Of a stretch of 64,000 nt of DNA, positions 8,485 to 16,961 are shown in pieces. The notes below the pieces were generated by a model, which did not search any database, was not told the origin of the DNA, and saw nothing but the letters and a program-made list of their open reading frames with translations. The translations under genes and the position numbers were made by a program. Origin of the DNA: Mycetocola sp. (GTDB lineage Bacteria; Actinomycetota; Actinomycetes; Actinomycetales; Microbacteriaceae); the NCBI RefSeq assembly GCF_046716805.1, contig NZ_JBKJWH010000085.1, positions 5,901 to 69,900 of the forward strand, given 5' to 3'. The first letter of the stretch is position 1, and every line of letters starts with the position of its first letter.

Positions 8485-10173
8485 ATGCTCGACTCCATGA
8501 CTGAACCCACGCGCGCCCCGTCTGCCGTCGATGCCATCGCCGAGGACTGGGTCGACACGCTCGTCGACCTCGACCCGCTGGTCGGAACGTACATCGGACG
8601 CGCTGAGGCGAACAGCAGGTTCGGCGACTTCTCCCCAGCCGGGCATGACCGGTACGTCGCCGAGGCGAAGCGGACACTGGCCGCGCTCGAGGCGGCACAG
8701 CCCGCCGACGGCATCGATGAGGTCACCAAAACGGATCTTGCCAGCGAGCTGCGCCTCGACCTGGAGAGCGCGGAGGCCCAGCTTCACCTGCGCGACCTCA
8801 ACGTCATCGCATCGCCGGCTCAGGGCATCCGGGAGATCTTCGACATCATGCCGACAGCGACCGTCGACGACTGGGACGACATCTCCACACGGCTGAAGGC
8901 CCTCCCTGGAGCCGTCGCCGGCTACATCGAGACCCTCCGCCTCGGCATCGAACGCGGAGTCACCCCCGCCAAGCGGCAGGTGCGCGAGGTCTTCGAACAG
9001 GCCAAGAAGTACGGCGCAGACGAAGGATTCTTCCTCGGACTGGCCGCCACGGCATCTCCGGCTGAAGGCCAGCTTCCAGCCTCCCTTGCCTCCGACCTCT
9101 CAGCGAACGCCGGGCAGGCCGCCGTCGCCTACCGCTCCCTCGCCGATTTCCTCGCCCATGAGCTTGAGCCGGTCGCCCAGGAACAGGATGCCGTCGGCCG
9201 CGAACTCTACGCCCTTCAGTCACGCAGGTTCCTCGGCGCCACCATCGACCTCGACGAAACGTACGAATGGGGCATCGGCGAGCTCGCCAGCATGGTGGAC
9301 GAGCAGGAATCCATCGCCCGTGAAATCAAAGCCGGCGCGAGCGTCGAGGAAGCCATCGCGTTCCTCGACGGCGAGCCCAGCCGCAAACTGCACGGCACGG
9401 ACGCACTTCAGAAGTGGATGCAGGAAACCAGCGACCGCGCGGTCGCCGAACTCGGGAAGAGCCATTTCGACATCCCCGAAGAGATCCGGACGATCGAATG
9501 CATGATCGCTCCCACCCAGGAGGGCGGCATCTATTACACCGGCCCCACAGATGACTTCTCACGCCCGGGCCGGATGTGGTGGTCGGTGCCCGAGGGTGTC
9601 ACCGAGTTCGATACCTGGCGTGAACTCACGACCGTCTACCACGAGGGCGTCCCCGGTCACCACCTGCAGATCGGCCAGGCGGTGTACAACCGGGCGAAGC
9701 TCAACACCTGGCGGAGGCAGCTGGCCGGAACGTCAGGCCATGCGGAAGGCTGGGCGCTTTACGCCGAGAGGCTGATGGAGCAGCTCGGTTACCTCGACGA
9801 CCCCGCAGACCGGCTCGGGATGCTCGACGGTCAGCGGATGCGTGCGGCGCGCGTGGTGCTCGACATCGGTGTGCACCTCGGCAAACCGCACCCGGACGGC
9901 AGCGGGACGTGGACCGCAGACGACGCGTTCGCGTTCCTCGGCAAGAACGTGAACATGAACGAGGGCTTCGTGCGCTTCGAGGTCAACCGCTATCTCGGCT
10001 GGCCGGGCCAGGCCCCGTCGTACAAGGTCGGACAGCGGATCTGGGAACAGCTCCGCGACGAATACGCACGCCGCGAAGGTGACGCGTTCGACATCAGGGA
10101 GTTCCATAGGAAGGCGCTGGACCTCGGCGGCGTCGGTCTCGACACCCTGAAGCGCTCCCTCCTTGCCGGCTGA
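8485..10173 (+). CDS. DUF885 domain-containing protein
   Basis: ORF 8341-10173 trimmed to the first ATG after the polA stop (MLDSMTEPT...). The HEGVPGHHLQ metallopeptidase-like motif and overall length are typical of DUF885. Confidence 0.85.
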   Translation: MLDSMTEPTRAPSAVDAIAEDWVDTLVDLDPLVGTYIGRAEANSRFGDFSPAGHDRYVAEAKRTLAALEAAQPADGIDEVTKTDLASELRLDLESAEAQLHLRDLNVIASPAQGIREIFDIMPTATVDDWDDISTRLKALPGAVAGYIETLRLGIERGVTPAKRQVREVFEQAKKYGADEGFFLGLAATASPAEGQLPASLASDLSANAGQAAVAYRSLADFLAHELEPVAQEQDAVGRELYALQSRRFLGATIDLDETYEWGIGELASMVDEQESIAREIKAGASVEEAIAFLDGEPSRKLHGTDALQKWMQETSDRAVAELGKSHFDIPEEIRTIECMIAPTQEGGIYYTGPTDDFSRPGRMWWSVPEGVTEFDTWRELTTVYHEGVPGHHLQIGQAVYNRAKLNTWRRQLAGTSGHAEGWALYAERLMEQLGYLDDPADRLGMLDGQRMRAARVVLDIGVHLGKPHPDGSGTWTADDAFAFLGKNVNMNEGFVRFEVNRYLGWPGQAPSYKVGQRIWEQLRDEYARREGDAFDIREFHRKALDLGGVGLDTLKRSLLAG

Positions 10174-10228
10174 TCCCGGGGGGCGATCGTGTGGTCATCG
10201 CCGGGGTTCGGTTTTCTCGACGCTGCCG

Positions 10229-11944
10229 TCAGCGCTGCACAGCGGTTGCGGCGTCCGGCGAGCCCACGTTCCACTCCTGGTATCCCGAGCACCACGCGGA
10301 CTCGGACGACACGATGACGACGCCTGGGTACCCGTCGAGCATGGCTTCGAGCTGGCCCTGGGCCGCGGAATCAAGCCGACCGTCGATGTCGTCAAGCAGC
10401 AGCAATGCCGGGGATCCGAGCATCGCACGGGCCACCATGAGCCCCGCGACCTGTGCCGCGTCCAGCGGAATCCCGCCGCGGCGCAGCTGCGTTTTCGCAC
10501 CGTGATCCAGCGAATCGATGCACAGCCCCAGCCGCCCCGCGACTGCAAGGGCCAGGTCCCGGTTCGCGTCTGGGTGCCGGTACCGCAGCGCGCGCAGCAC
10601 GGTGCCGCGTTCGGGCACCATTGCGGAGTATGCCGCGCCGATGAGCCGGCGTCGTTTCTTCTCTCCCACGGCGCCCGGGATCACCCCGGCCACGACATAG
10701 TCCCATGCCCGGCCTGCAGCGTCCTGTCCCAGGTCACCGACGATGGGGCCCGCGTCCGTGCGCGCGGTGGCCAGTATGTTGAACAGCTCGCCGCGCCGCC
10801 GCGCATCGCCGCCGACCATGCGAATGCGGGCGCCCGGTTCGGCGTCCAACTCAGGGATGGGGTGCGAGTCGATCTCGACTCCGCACAGCCACACCCCGCC
10901 GACGGGTCGGGCCGGGCTCAGGGTCTCCGGTCGCGAAACCATCCTGATCGTTATGTCCTCTCCGGACCTCAGCGTGGTTTCCTCGTCGAGCAACGGGGCA
11001 AGAATGCGTCGGGCGGCCCGGTAGTTCTGCCGGTATTCCACGATGCGCCCCCACTCACCCACTGGCGCCGCGCACAGTCCCAGTAGGGTCAAGGCCGTGG
11101 CGATCTGTCCGGCGTCCAAAGCCACGCTCCTGGCGATGACCACCGCAATGGCGGCGGCCACCAGCGGCATGCCCAGGGAGCAGGCGCGCAACACACCGGC
11201 CAGGCGCGCCCGGTGTACTGCCGCGTCCATAACCTTATGGCCGCTGACTTCCACCCGTGCCAGCTCTCGTGCCACGCCGCCGGACGCGACCACCGCGGAC
11301 GAAGCGGCGACGGTGTCGGCGATACGCGCGGCAAGGTTGCCGCGGTGCCGCCGCAGAACCCGGGCACGTTGAAAGGCGGGTCTGGCGAGCAGGAGCAGCG
11401 CGGCGCCCAGCACCAGCACCGGAAGCCCAAGCGCCGGCGCCAGAAGGGGATTCAGCACCCAGAGGCCGACCATCGAGATGAGAACCAGAGGGATACCGGC
11501 CAGCATCGGGGCGATTCCCTGAGCCACCCAGTTGCGCACCGAGGACAGGTCGTTGCTCGCCCTGGCCACGGTGATGCCCACAGAGGGGGCCTTCCGTGCC
11601 AGCAGCGAGTGAGAGATCAGCGAAACGCGCAACTGTGCCACGTAATGCTGTCCGAGCTTCTCGGCGAACACCCGCTCCAGGTATCGACCGTAGCCGAGCA
11701 CCAGAATCAGCGCGCCGATGCCGGCGACGACGGGGAGCTTCGCGCCGCCGTTCACGAGGCTTCCGACCAGGAGGGCGATCGTCACACCAAGCGCACCGCA
11801 CAGTGTGGCAATGGCCAGCAGCGCGGCAAACAGCGCACGGCGCCTCCCGGTGATGAGCTTCGGCAGCCGCGCTGCGCGACCCCGAATACCGGTGTCCTTC
11901 GCGGAATCCACCGGTTCTGCCGCACCTTCCCGCGTGCCGCCCAT
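10229..11944 (-). CDS. ABC-exporter-like membrane protein (six TM helices) with fully degenerate nucleotide-binding domain
   Basis: ORF 10229-12016, with the start placed at the ATG at 11944, downstream of the preceding gene's stop. About six hydrophobic helices are followed by an NBD-like region in which each motif is altered:
- Walker A is VGGDARRRGE
- the signature is GGIPLDAAQ
- Walker B is LLLLDDID
- the H-loop position is VVIVSSES. Confidence 0.75.
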   Translation of the reverse strand: MGGTREGAAEPVDSAKDTGIRGRAARLPKLITGRRRALFAALLAIATLCGALGVTIALLVGSLVNGGAKLPVVAGIGALILVLGYGRYLERVFAEKLGQHYVAQLRVSLISHSLLARKAPSVGITVARASNDLSSVRNWVAQGIAPMLAGIPLVLISMVGLWVLNPLLAPALGLPVLVLGAALLLLARPAFQRARVLRRHRGNLAARIADTVAASSAVVASGGVARELARVEVSGHKVMDAAVHRARLAGVLRACSLGMPLVAAAIAVVIARSVALDAGQIATALTLLGLCAAPVGEWGRIVEYRQNYRAARRILAPLLDEETTLRSGEDITIRMVSRPETLSPARPVGGVWLCGVEIDSHPIPELDAEPGARIRMVGGDARRRGELFNILATARTDAGPIVGDLGQDAAGRAWDYVVAGVIPGAVGEKKRRRLIGAAYSAMVPERGTVLRALRYRHPDANRDLALAVAGRLGLCIDSLDHGAKTQLRRGGIPLDAAQVAGLMVARAMLGSPALLLLDDIDGRLDSAAQGQLEAMLDGYPGVVIVSSESAWCSGYQEWNVGSPDAATAVQR

Positions 11945-11961
11945 CCGTGCACCTGCAGCGC

Positions 11962-13116
11962 TCACAGCAAGGCGGCGCGCACCGGGATCAGGGCGGCGGC
12001 GACTTCGGGACGGCACAGGTCGTAGGTGACGATGACGGGGACGTCGATCCAGGCCGAGGCCTCCGCGGCGGCCAGGGGCGAAGCGGTGAGCAGGCCGGAG
12101 ACGGCTGCCACCGGCACCGCGGCGTCATGCAGCAGGTCCAGTCCGGCGCGGGCGCCCAGAGCATCCTGAGCTGCGAACACGACGGTGTCCACATAGGTGG
12201 CGAAGAGCGGGTCGCGCAGCAGTCTGGAGGTTTCGCCCTGGTAAAGCCCGTCGGCGATCTCGATGACCACCACATCGGCGCCAAAGGCAGCCTGCTCGTC
12301 GATCATCGCGGCGAGCAGGTTGCGAACCTCTTCGTAGGCGAGCTTGAAGGTGGTGGGGTATCCGAAGTCGGTGAAGTCGCAGACCGGAAACGCACCGGCG
12401 TCGATGAACAGGTTGGGGTCGTTGCCCGCGCCAGTTCCGGTCGCCTTGCCCGCTGCCACAGTGAGACCGGCGTTGGACAGCCCGTTGACCAGGCAGGCGA
12501 GCGTGGTGGACTTGCCCGAGTTCATCGATGTGCCCAGAACGGCGATGACCGGCGGGCGCCGGGAGCCCAGCGCGGCGACCGCGGCCAGTGACGGGCTGCC
12601 GACCTGCAGGGGAGAGAAGTCGCGCAGGTTCACTACGCCCTCCCTGGTTGCCAGGAGGCCGATCGGTTCGATCGCGGTGGCGGCTCCGATCGAAGCGTGT
12701 GTCTCGATCACGTATCCGGCGAGCCCGCCGCCTGCGACGAGGTGGCAGGGCTCGAGGGAATCCGGCACGTGTGCCAGAAACTGGTCAGGGGCGTAGCGGT
12801 TGCCGTATGCGACCATGATCTCCTGGCCGACGAACAAGAGCTGGCGGCGGGAGGTCGGAGATTCCAGCCGCGTGTGCTTGCCCAGTTCTGTGACGCGCGC
12901 AATGACGACATCTCCGGCTTCGGGGTGAACCTCGGACCCGGCCAGCATGTGGAAGTCCTCAGGTCGCTTGGTGAATTCGGTGGCGACAAAACGCGTGGTG
13001 TAGGCGGCCCGGACCTTCACCGCCCGCTCCGCCCCAATCTGTACGCGGGTGTATCGGCCGTCAGTAACCTCACGTGCATCGAGGTCATCGGTGTCGAGGC
13101 TGGGGCTGATGCTCAT
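11962..13116 (-). CDS. P-loop NTPase of unknown function (BioD/CobQ/DUF1611-like GT-x4-GKS motif) with N-terminal beta-rich domain
   Basis: ORF 11962-13209 trimmed to the ATG at 13116, which is preceded by GAAGGA. Walker A is VLGTSMNSGKSTT and the Walker-B-like segment is ADVVVIEIADGL. The stop lies 17 nt upstream of the next gene's start. Confidence 0.7.
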   Translation of the reverse strand: MSISPSLDTDDLDAREVTDGRYTRVQIGAERAVKVRAAYTTRFVATEFTKRPEDFHMLAGSEVHPEAGDVVIARVTELGKHTRLESPTSRRQLLFVGQEIMVAYGNRYAPDQFLAHVPDSLEPCHLVAGGGLAGYVIETHASIGAATAIEPIGLLATREGVVNLRDFSPLQVGSPSLAAVAALGSRRPPVIAVLGTSMNSGKSTTLACLVNGLSNAGLTVAAGKATGTGAGNDPNLFIDAGAFPVCDFTDFGYPTTFKLAYEEVRNLLAAMIDEQAAFGADVVVIEIADGLYQGETSRLLRDPLFATYVDTVVFAAQDALGARAGLDLLHDAAVPVAAVSGLLTASPLAAAEASAWIDVPVIVTYDLCRPEVAAALIPVRAALL

Positions 13117-13256
13117 ATCGGTAATCCTTCTCAGTGCCAGGAACTCCATGCCGCCCCGCTTCGGCCGCAAGCACAATGCCTTGCATTGCTCCCCAGCCTG
13201 CATCGCCAAAGTAAGCGGCAGGTGAACAAACCACGGATGTACTGTTTCGGGATTAC

Positions 13257-13391
13257 GACTGGGAGCAGCTCCGGGACGAGTACTCGCGCCGCCAGGGCGA
13301 CGCCTTCGACATCAAGGAGTTCCACAAGAAGTCGCTGGACCTCGGCGGCGTCGGTGTCGACACCCTGAAGCGCACCCTGCTGGCCGGCTGA
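13257..13391 (+). pseudogene. orphan 3'-terminal fragment (44 codons plus stop) of a second DUF885 gene copy
   Basis: It translates to DWEQLRDEYSRRQGDAFDIKEFHKKSLDLGGVGVDTLKRTLLAG*. The intact gene end at 10039-10173 reads IWEQLRDEYARREGDAFDIREFHRKALDLGGVGLDTLKRSLLAG*. I saw no homology upstream of 13257. Confidence 0.75.
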
Positions 13392-13479
13392 ACGGCCTCC
13401 CGCCCGGTCGCCTCGTCGACGTCCCCACCGCTGGCATGGTGCCAACGGGGTGCTTCATCAACCTGAGACGGTCCAGGAG

Positions 13480-13961
13480 TCAGAAACGCCGGGAGGTGGT
13501 GGAGATGGGACCTGTCTTATCGGCAAACTTGTGGAGCTTGCCATCCTCGGCCGCGCGGAGGCGCGGATGGAACTCGACAATTTCAGGGCACTCGTCGAGC
13601 AGGAAGCGCCGAAATGATGTCCAGGTCAGTACTCCTACGTCGGTGTGGCCACCACGTTCCAGACGCCGAACACCGAGAGCGCGAGGTAGAAGACGAAAGG
13701 CGGAATGTCGTGGGCGATCACGAACAGGGCGGTGAAGGCCGCGGTCGCACTGAGCAGCAAGACTCCGATCCACGTCTCATGCTAAAGGCTGGCCATACCG
13801 AGTAGTGCCAGGCCCGGAAGTGTGAGCCAGACGTACCCCAACCACGGCCCCGCCGGAAGTTCGCCTCGGGCGAATTCCTCGATCCGCCGACCACGACGCG
13901 CACAGGCGACAGCCCATAGCGCCGCTCCCACGAACAACGCGGTTCCGGCGGCAGCTGCCAT
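13480..13961 (-). pseudogene. disrupted small membrane protein gene (in-frame TAG, probable frameshift)
   Basis: From the ATG at 13961 the frame reads MAAAAGTALFVGAALWAVACARRGRRIEEFARGELPAGPWLGYVWLTLPGLALLGMASL, then TAG (13782-13784). It continues in frame as HETWIGVLLLSATAAFTALFVIAHDIPPFVFYLALSVFGVWNVVATPT to a stop at 13635-13637. A further start-less reading frame (..TSFRRFLLDECPEIVEFHPRLRAAEDGKLHKFADKTGPI..) runs on to 13480 in another frame. Confidence 0.4.
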
Positions 13962-14298
13962 TCATCGGTCATGTACCACTCAACTCAGTGACCTGATCTT
14001 TGATGGCGACGCTACGCTGCGGCGTGCCATGACTCAACACCCAGCGTGCACGGTCAGCGCCATCCGCTCCTTCACCGGTGCTCCATTCCGGGGGGTTCGA
14101 CGATGCCGGCGGGTGTCGACGGTGCAGACTGTGCCGACGGGCGCACGTCACGATCGCCGCACCCGTCATCGGTAGGCTCTACAGGTACGGCGGAGCATTC
14201 ACCTACTCCGTCGGCAGCGAGGCGGATGTCGTGAGCTAACACGTTGCCATCGCAGGCATCCGACCGCCCCCGTCCGCCCCTGAACCGGAGACCGCTGA

Positions 14299-15219
14299 AT
14301 GACTCAGATCGCCCTCGTCAGCCATGGCCTGACCGATCCCGCTCTTCGTGATGACGACCTTCCGCTCCTCGTCGACGGTCTCACGCAGGCGGGCCTGCCG
14401 GCGCAGGTGGCGCTCTGGACCGACCCGTCGGTGCGCTGGGAGGACTTCGGCCTCGTGGTTCTCCGTTCGCCGTGGGACTACCCCGACGCCGCTCCGGAGT
14501 TCCTTGCCTGGCTCGACCGCGTGGCATCCGTTGTTCGCGTGCTGAACGCGCCGGCACTGGTCCGCTGGAACATCGACAAGACGTACCTCCGCGAAATCGC
14601 CGCCGCCTCCACCGTTCCGCTGGTGCCGACGACGTTCTGCACCACGCTCGGCGAAGTGGTGACAGCGCTGGCAGTCCTTCGGCCGGGTCGCGTTGTGATC
14701 AAGCCGTCGGTGTCCGCGGGTTCGCAGAACACCGGGTTGTTCGAAGCCGGCGATCCCTCCGTGCTCCTCCTCGCACGGCAGATCCTCGCCCTCGGCAAGG
14801 TTGTGATGGTTCAGCCGGCGATCGACGGGGTGCAGGAGCGCGGGGAGCGTGCCCTCCTCTACTTCAACGGCCGGTTCAGCCACGCGATCTCCAAGGGCCC
14901 GCTGCTGGCCGTGGGCGGGGGACTGCTCGGCGGAACGTACGTCGAGACGATCCACTCGATCAACGCCGAGCCGGCCGAACGTGCCGTCGGTGACGCCCTC
15001 ATCGCTGCGGCCGTCACGGTCCTCCTCGGGCGCGGGTTGTCCGAATCCGATGCCGTTCCTCTTTATGCCCGGATCGATATCGTCGACGACCCCGTCCTCG
15101 GGCCGCTCGTGCTCGAAGCCGAGCTCTTCGAACCGTCGTTGTTTCTCGGCTCCGCGCCGGATGCCGTCGGCAATTTCGTCGCGGCCGTGCGGGAGCGACT
15201 CGCTCCCGAGCCGGTTTGA
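14299..15219 (+). CDS. ATP-grasp domain-containing protein (RimK/glutathione-synthase-like ligase)
   Basis: 306 aa. It has a pre-ATP-grasp N-terminal part and the segments VVIKPSVSAGSQNT and ARIDIVDD...LEAELFEPSLF, characteristic of ATP-grasp folds. The antisense 350-aa ORF is Arg/Gly-rich. Confidence 0.8.
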   Translation: MTQIALVSHGLTDPALRDDDLPLLVDGLTQAGLPAQVALWTDPSVRWEDFGLVVLRSPWDYPDAAPEFLAWLDRVASVVRVLNAPALVRWNIDKTYLREIAAASTVPLVPTTFCTTLGEVVTALAVLRPGRVVIKPSVSAGSQNTGLFEAGDPSVLLLARQILALGKVVMVQPAIDGVQERGERALLYFNGRFSHAISKGPLLAVGGGLLGGTYVETIHSINAEPAERAVGDALIAAAVTVLLGRGLSESDAVPLYARIDIVDDPVLGPLVLEAELFEPSLFLGSAPDAVGNFVAAVRERLAPEPV

Positions 15220-15248
15220 GGCGTCCGTTTGTCGGCCAAGATACTCAT

Positions 15249-15278
15249 TTGCGGCTCGCCCGAGATTCCCGATAGACT
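15249..15278 (+). promoter_or_regulatory. putative rpsA promoter
   Basis: TTGCGG, an 18-nt spacer and TAGACT lie about 115 nt upstream of the rpsA start. This is a motif match only. Confidence 0.35.
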
Positions 15279-15394
15279 GACATGTCACTTTTGTGACGTT
15301 CTATCCGTTCGCCGTGCACGGAAAACACCCTGACAATTCACGATTGGCAGGATCGTGTCGGCCCGAAATCAGTCCTCACTGGAGCAACCACTAC

Positions 15395-16840
15395 ATGACA
15401 ACCGCAACGACCGCCAAGCAGGTCGCTATCAACGACATCGGATCGGCTGAAGACTTCCTGGCCGCGGTCGAGAAAACACTGAAGTTCTTCAACGACGGAG
15501 ACCTCATCGAAGGTACCGTCGTCAAGATCGATCGCGACGAGGTCCTCCTCGATGTCGGCTACAAGACCGAGGGTGTTATTCCCTCGCGCGAACTTTCGAT
15601 CAAGCACGACGTGGACCCCAGCGAGGTCGTCCAGGTCGGCGACATGGTCGAAGCCCTCGTCCTCCAGAAGGAAGACAAAGAAGGTCGTCTCATCCTGTCC
15701 AAGAAGCGCGCACAGTACGAGCGCGCGTGGGGCGACGTTGAGAAGATCAAGGAAACCGATGGCGTCGTGACCGGTTCGGTCATCGAGGTCGTCAAGGGCG
15801 GCCTCATCGTCGACATCGGCCTCCGTGGCTTCCTGCCCGCATCGCTCATCGAGCTGCGCCGGGTTCGCGACCTCACGCCGTACCTCGGCCAGGAGATCGA
15901 AGCCAAGATCCTCGAACTTGACAAGAACCGCAACAACGTTGTGCTTTCGCGTCGCGCGCTGCTCGAGCAGACCCAGTCTGAGAGCCGCACCACGTTCCTG
16001 AACAACCTCCAGAAGGGGCAGGTCCGCAAGGGCGTCGTCTCGTCGATCGTCAACTTCGGTGCGTTCGTCGACCTCGGTGGCGTCGATGGTCTCGTCCACG
16101 TCTCAGAGCTCAGCTGGAAGCACATTGAGCACGCTTCTGAGGTCGTCGAGGTTGGCCAGGAGGTCACCGTCGAGATCCTCGAAGTGGACCTCGACCGTGA
16201 GCGTGTCTCCCTGTCGCTCAAGGCGACGCAGGAAGACCCGTGGCAGGTTTTCGCCCGCACCCACGCCATCGGCCAGGTTGCACCGGGCAAGGTCACCAAG
16301 CTCGTTCCGTTCGGTGCGTTCGTTCGCGTCGCAGACGGCATCGAGGGGCTCGTTCACATCTCCGAGCTCAGCGGCAAGCACGTCGAACTCGCCGAGCAGG
16401 TTGTCTCGGTCAGTGACGAGGTCTTCGTCAAGGTCATCGACATCGACCTCGAACGCCGCCGCATCTCGCTGAGCCTCAAGCAGGCCAACGAAGGCGTCGA
16501 CCCCGAGGGCACCGAGTTCGACCCGGCACTCTACGGAATGCTCACCGAGTACGACGACCAGGGCAACTACAAGTACCCTGAAGGCTTCGACCCGGAGACC
16601 AACGAGTGGAAAGAGGGCTTCGACACCCAGCGCGAGAAGTGGGAGCAGGACTACGCTGCAGCCCAGGCTCGCTGGGAAGCTCACAAGAAGCAGGTTGCGA
16701 CCGCCGCGACGGAAGAGGCCGCAGCAGCGTCCGCCCCTGCCGCGGGTTCGACCTTCTCGAGCGAGACCGCAGGCAGCGGCACCCTCGCAGACGACGAGTC
16801 GCTTGCGGCTCTTCGCGAGAAGCTGACCAGCAACTCTTAA
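15395..16840 (+). CDS. rpsA: 30S ribosomal protein S1
   Basis: Four S1 repeats are present (e.g. GTVVKIDRDEVLLDVGYKTEGVIP and GVVSSIVNFGAFVDLGGVDGLVHVSE). The start was moved to the ATG at 15395, which follows GGAG. Confidence 0.95.
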   Translation: MTTATTAKQVAINDIGSAEDFLAAVEKTLKFFNDGDLIEGTVVKIDRDEVLLDVGYKTEGVIPSRELSIKHDVDPSEVVQVGDMVEALVLQKEDKEGRLILSKKRAQYERAWGDVEKIKETDGVVTGSVIEVVKGGLIVDIGLRGFLPASLIELRRVRDLTPYLGQEIEAKILELDKNRNNVVLSRRALLEQTQSESRTTFLNNLQKGQVRKGVVSSIVNFGAFVDLGGVDGLVHVSELSWKHIEHASEVVEVGQEVTVEILEVDLDRERVSLSLKATQEDPWQVFARTHAIGQVAPGKVTKLVPFGAFVRVADGIEGLVHISELSGKHVELAEQVVSVSDEVFVKVIDIDLERRRISLSLKQANEGVDPEGTEFDPALYGMLTEYDDQGNYKYPEGFDPETNEWKEGFDTQREKWEQDYAAAQARWEAHKKQVATAATEEAAAASAPAAGSTFSSETAGSGTLADDESLAALREKLTSNS

Positions 16841-16849
16841 GCACCATCT

Positions 16850-16894
16850 CACGACGACAGGCCGGTACCGAACAGGGGCCGGCCAGTCGTCGTG
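16850..16894 (+). terminator. long hairpin after rpsA
   Basis: CACGACGACAGGCCGG-13 nt loop-CCGGCCAGTCGTCGTG forms 15 bp with one mismatch. There is no U-tract, which is common in actinobacteria. Confidence 0.5.
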
Positions 16895-16961
16895 GTCCCA
16901 TGCCCACCCCATCCATTCCCCCGCAAGTAGGGGGGCGAGCTGATCCGTCCGACTGCTAACG

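Noticed and set aside
10163-11086. 307-aa plus-strand ORF, plus other ORFs antisense to the ABC-like gene
   Set aside because: Arg/Pro/Gly-rich and antisense to a reading frame with clear TM helices and ABC-like layout.
10174-14298. Prophage or integrative element in the polA-rpsA pocket
   Set aside because: No integrase, recombinase, transposase, phage structural gene or tRNA attachment site is visible. Only the duplicated gene end hints at past insertion, so I report it as a scar and do not call a mobile element.
14236-15288. 350-aa minus-strand ORF
   Set aside because: Antisense to the ATP-grasp gene, with Arg/Gly/Asp-rich low-complexity composition.
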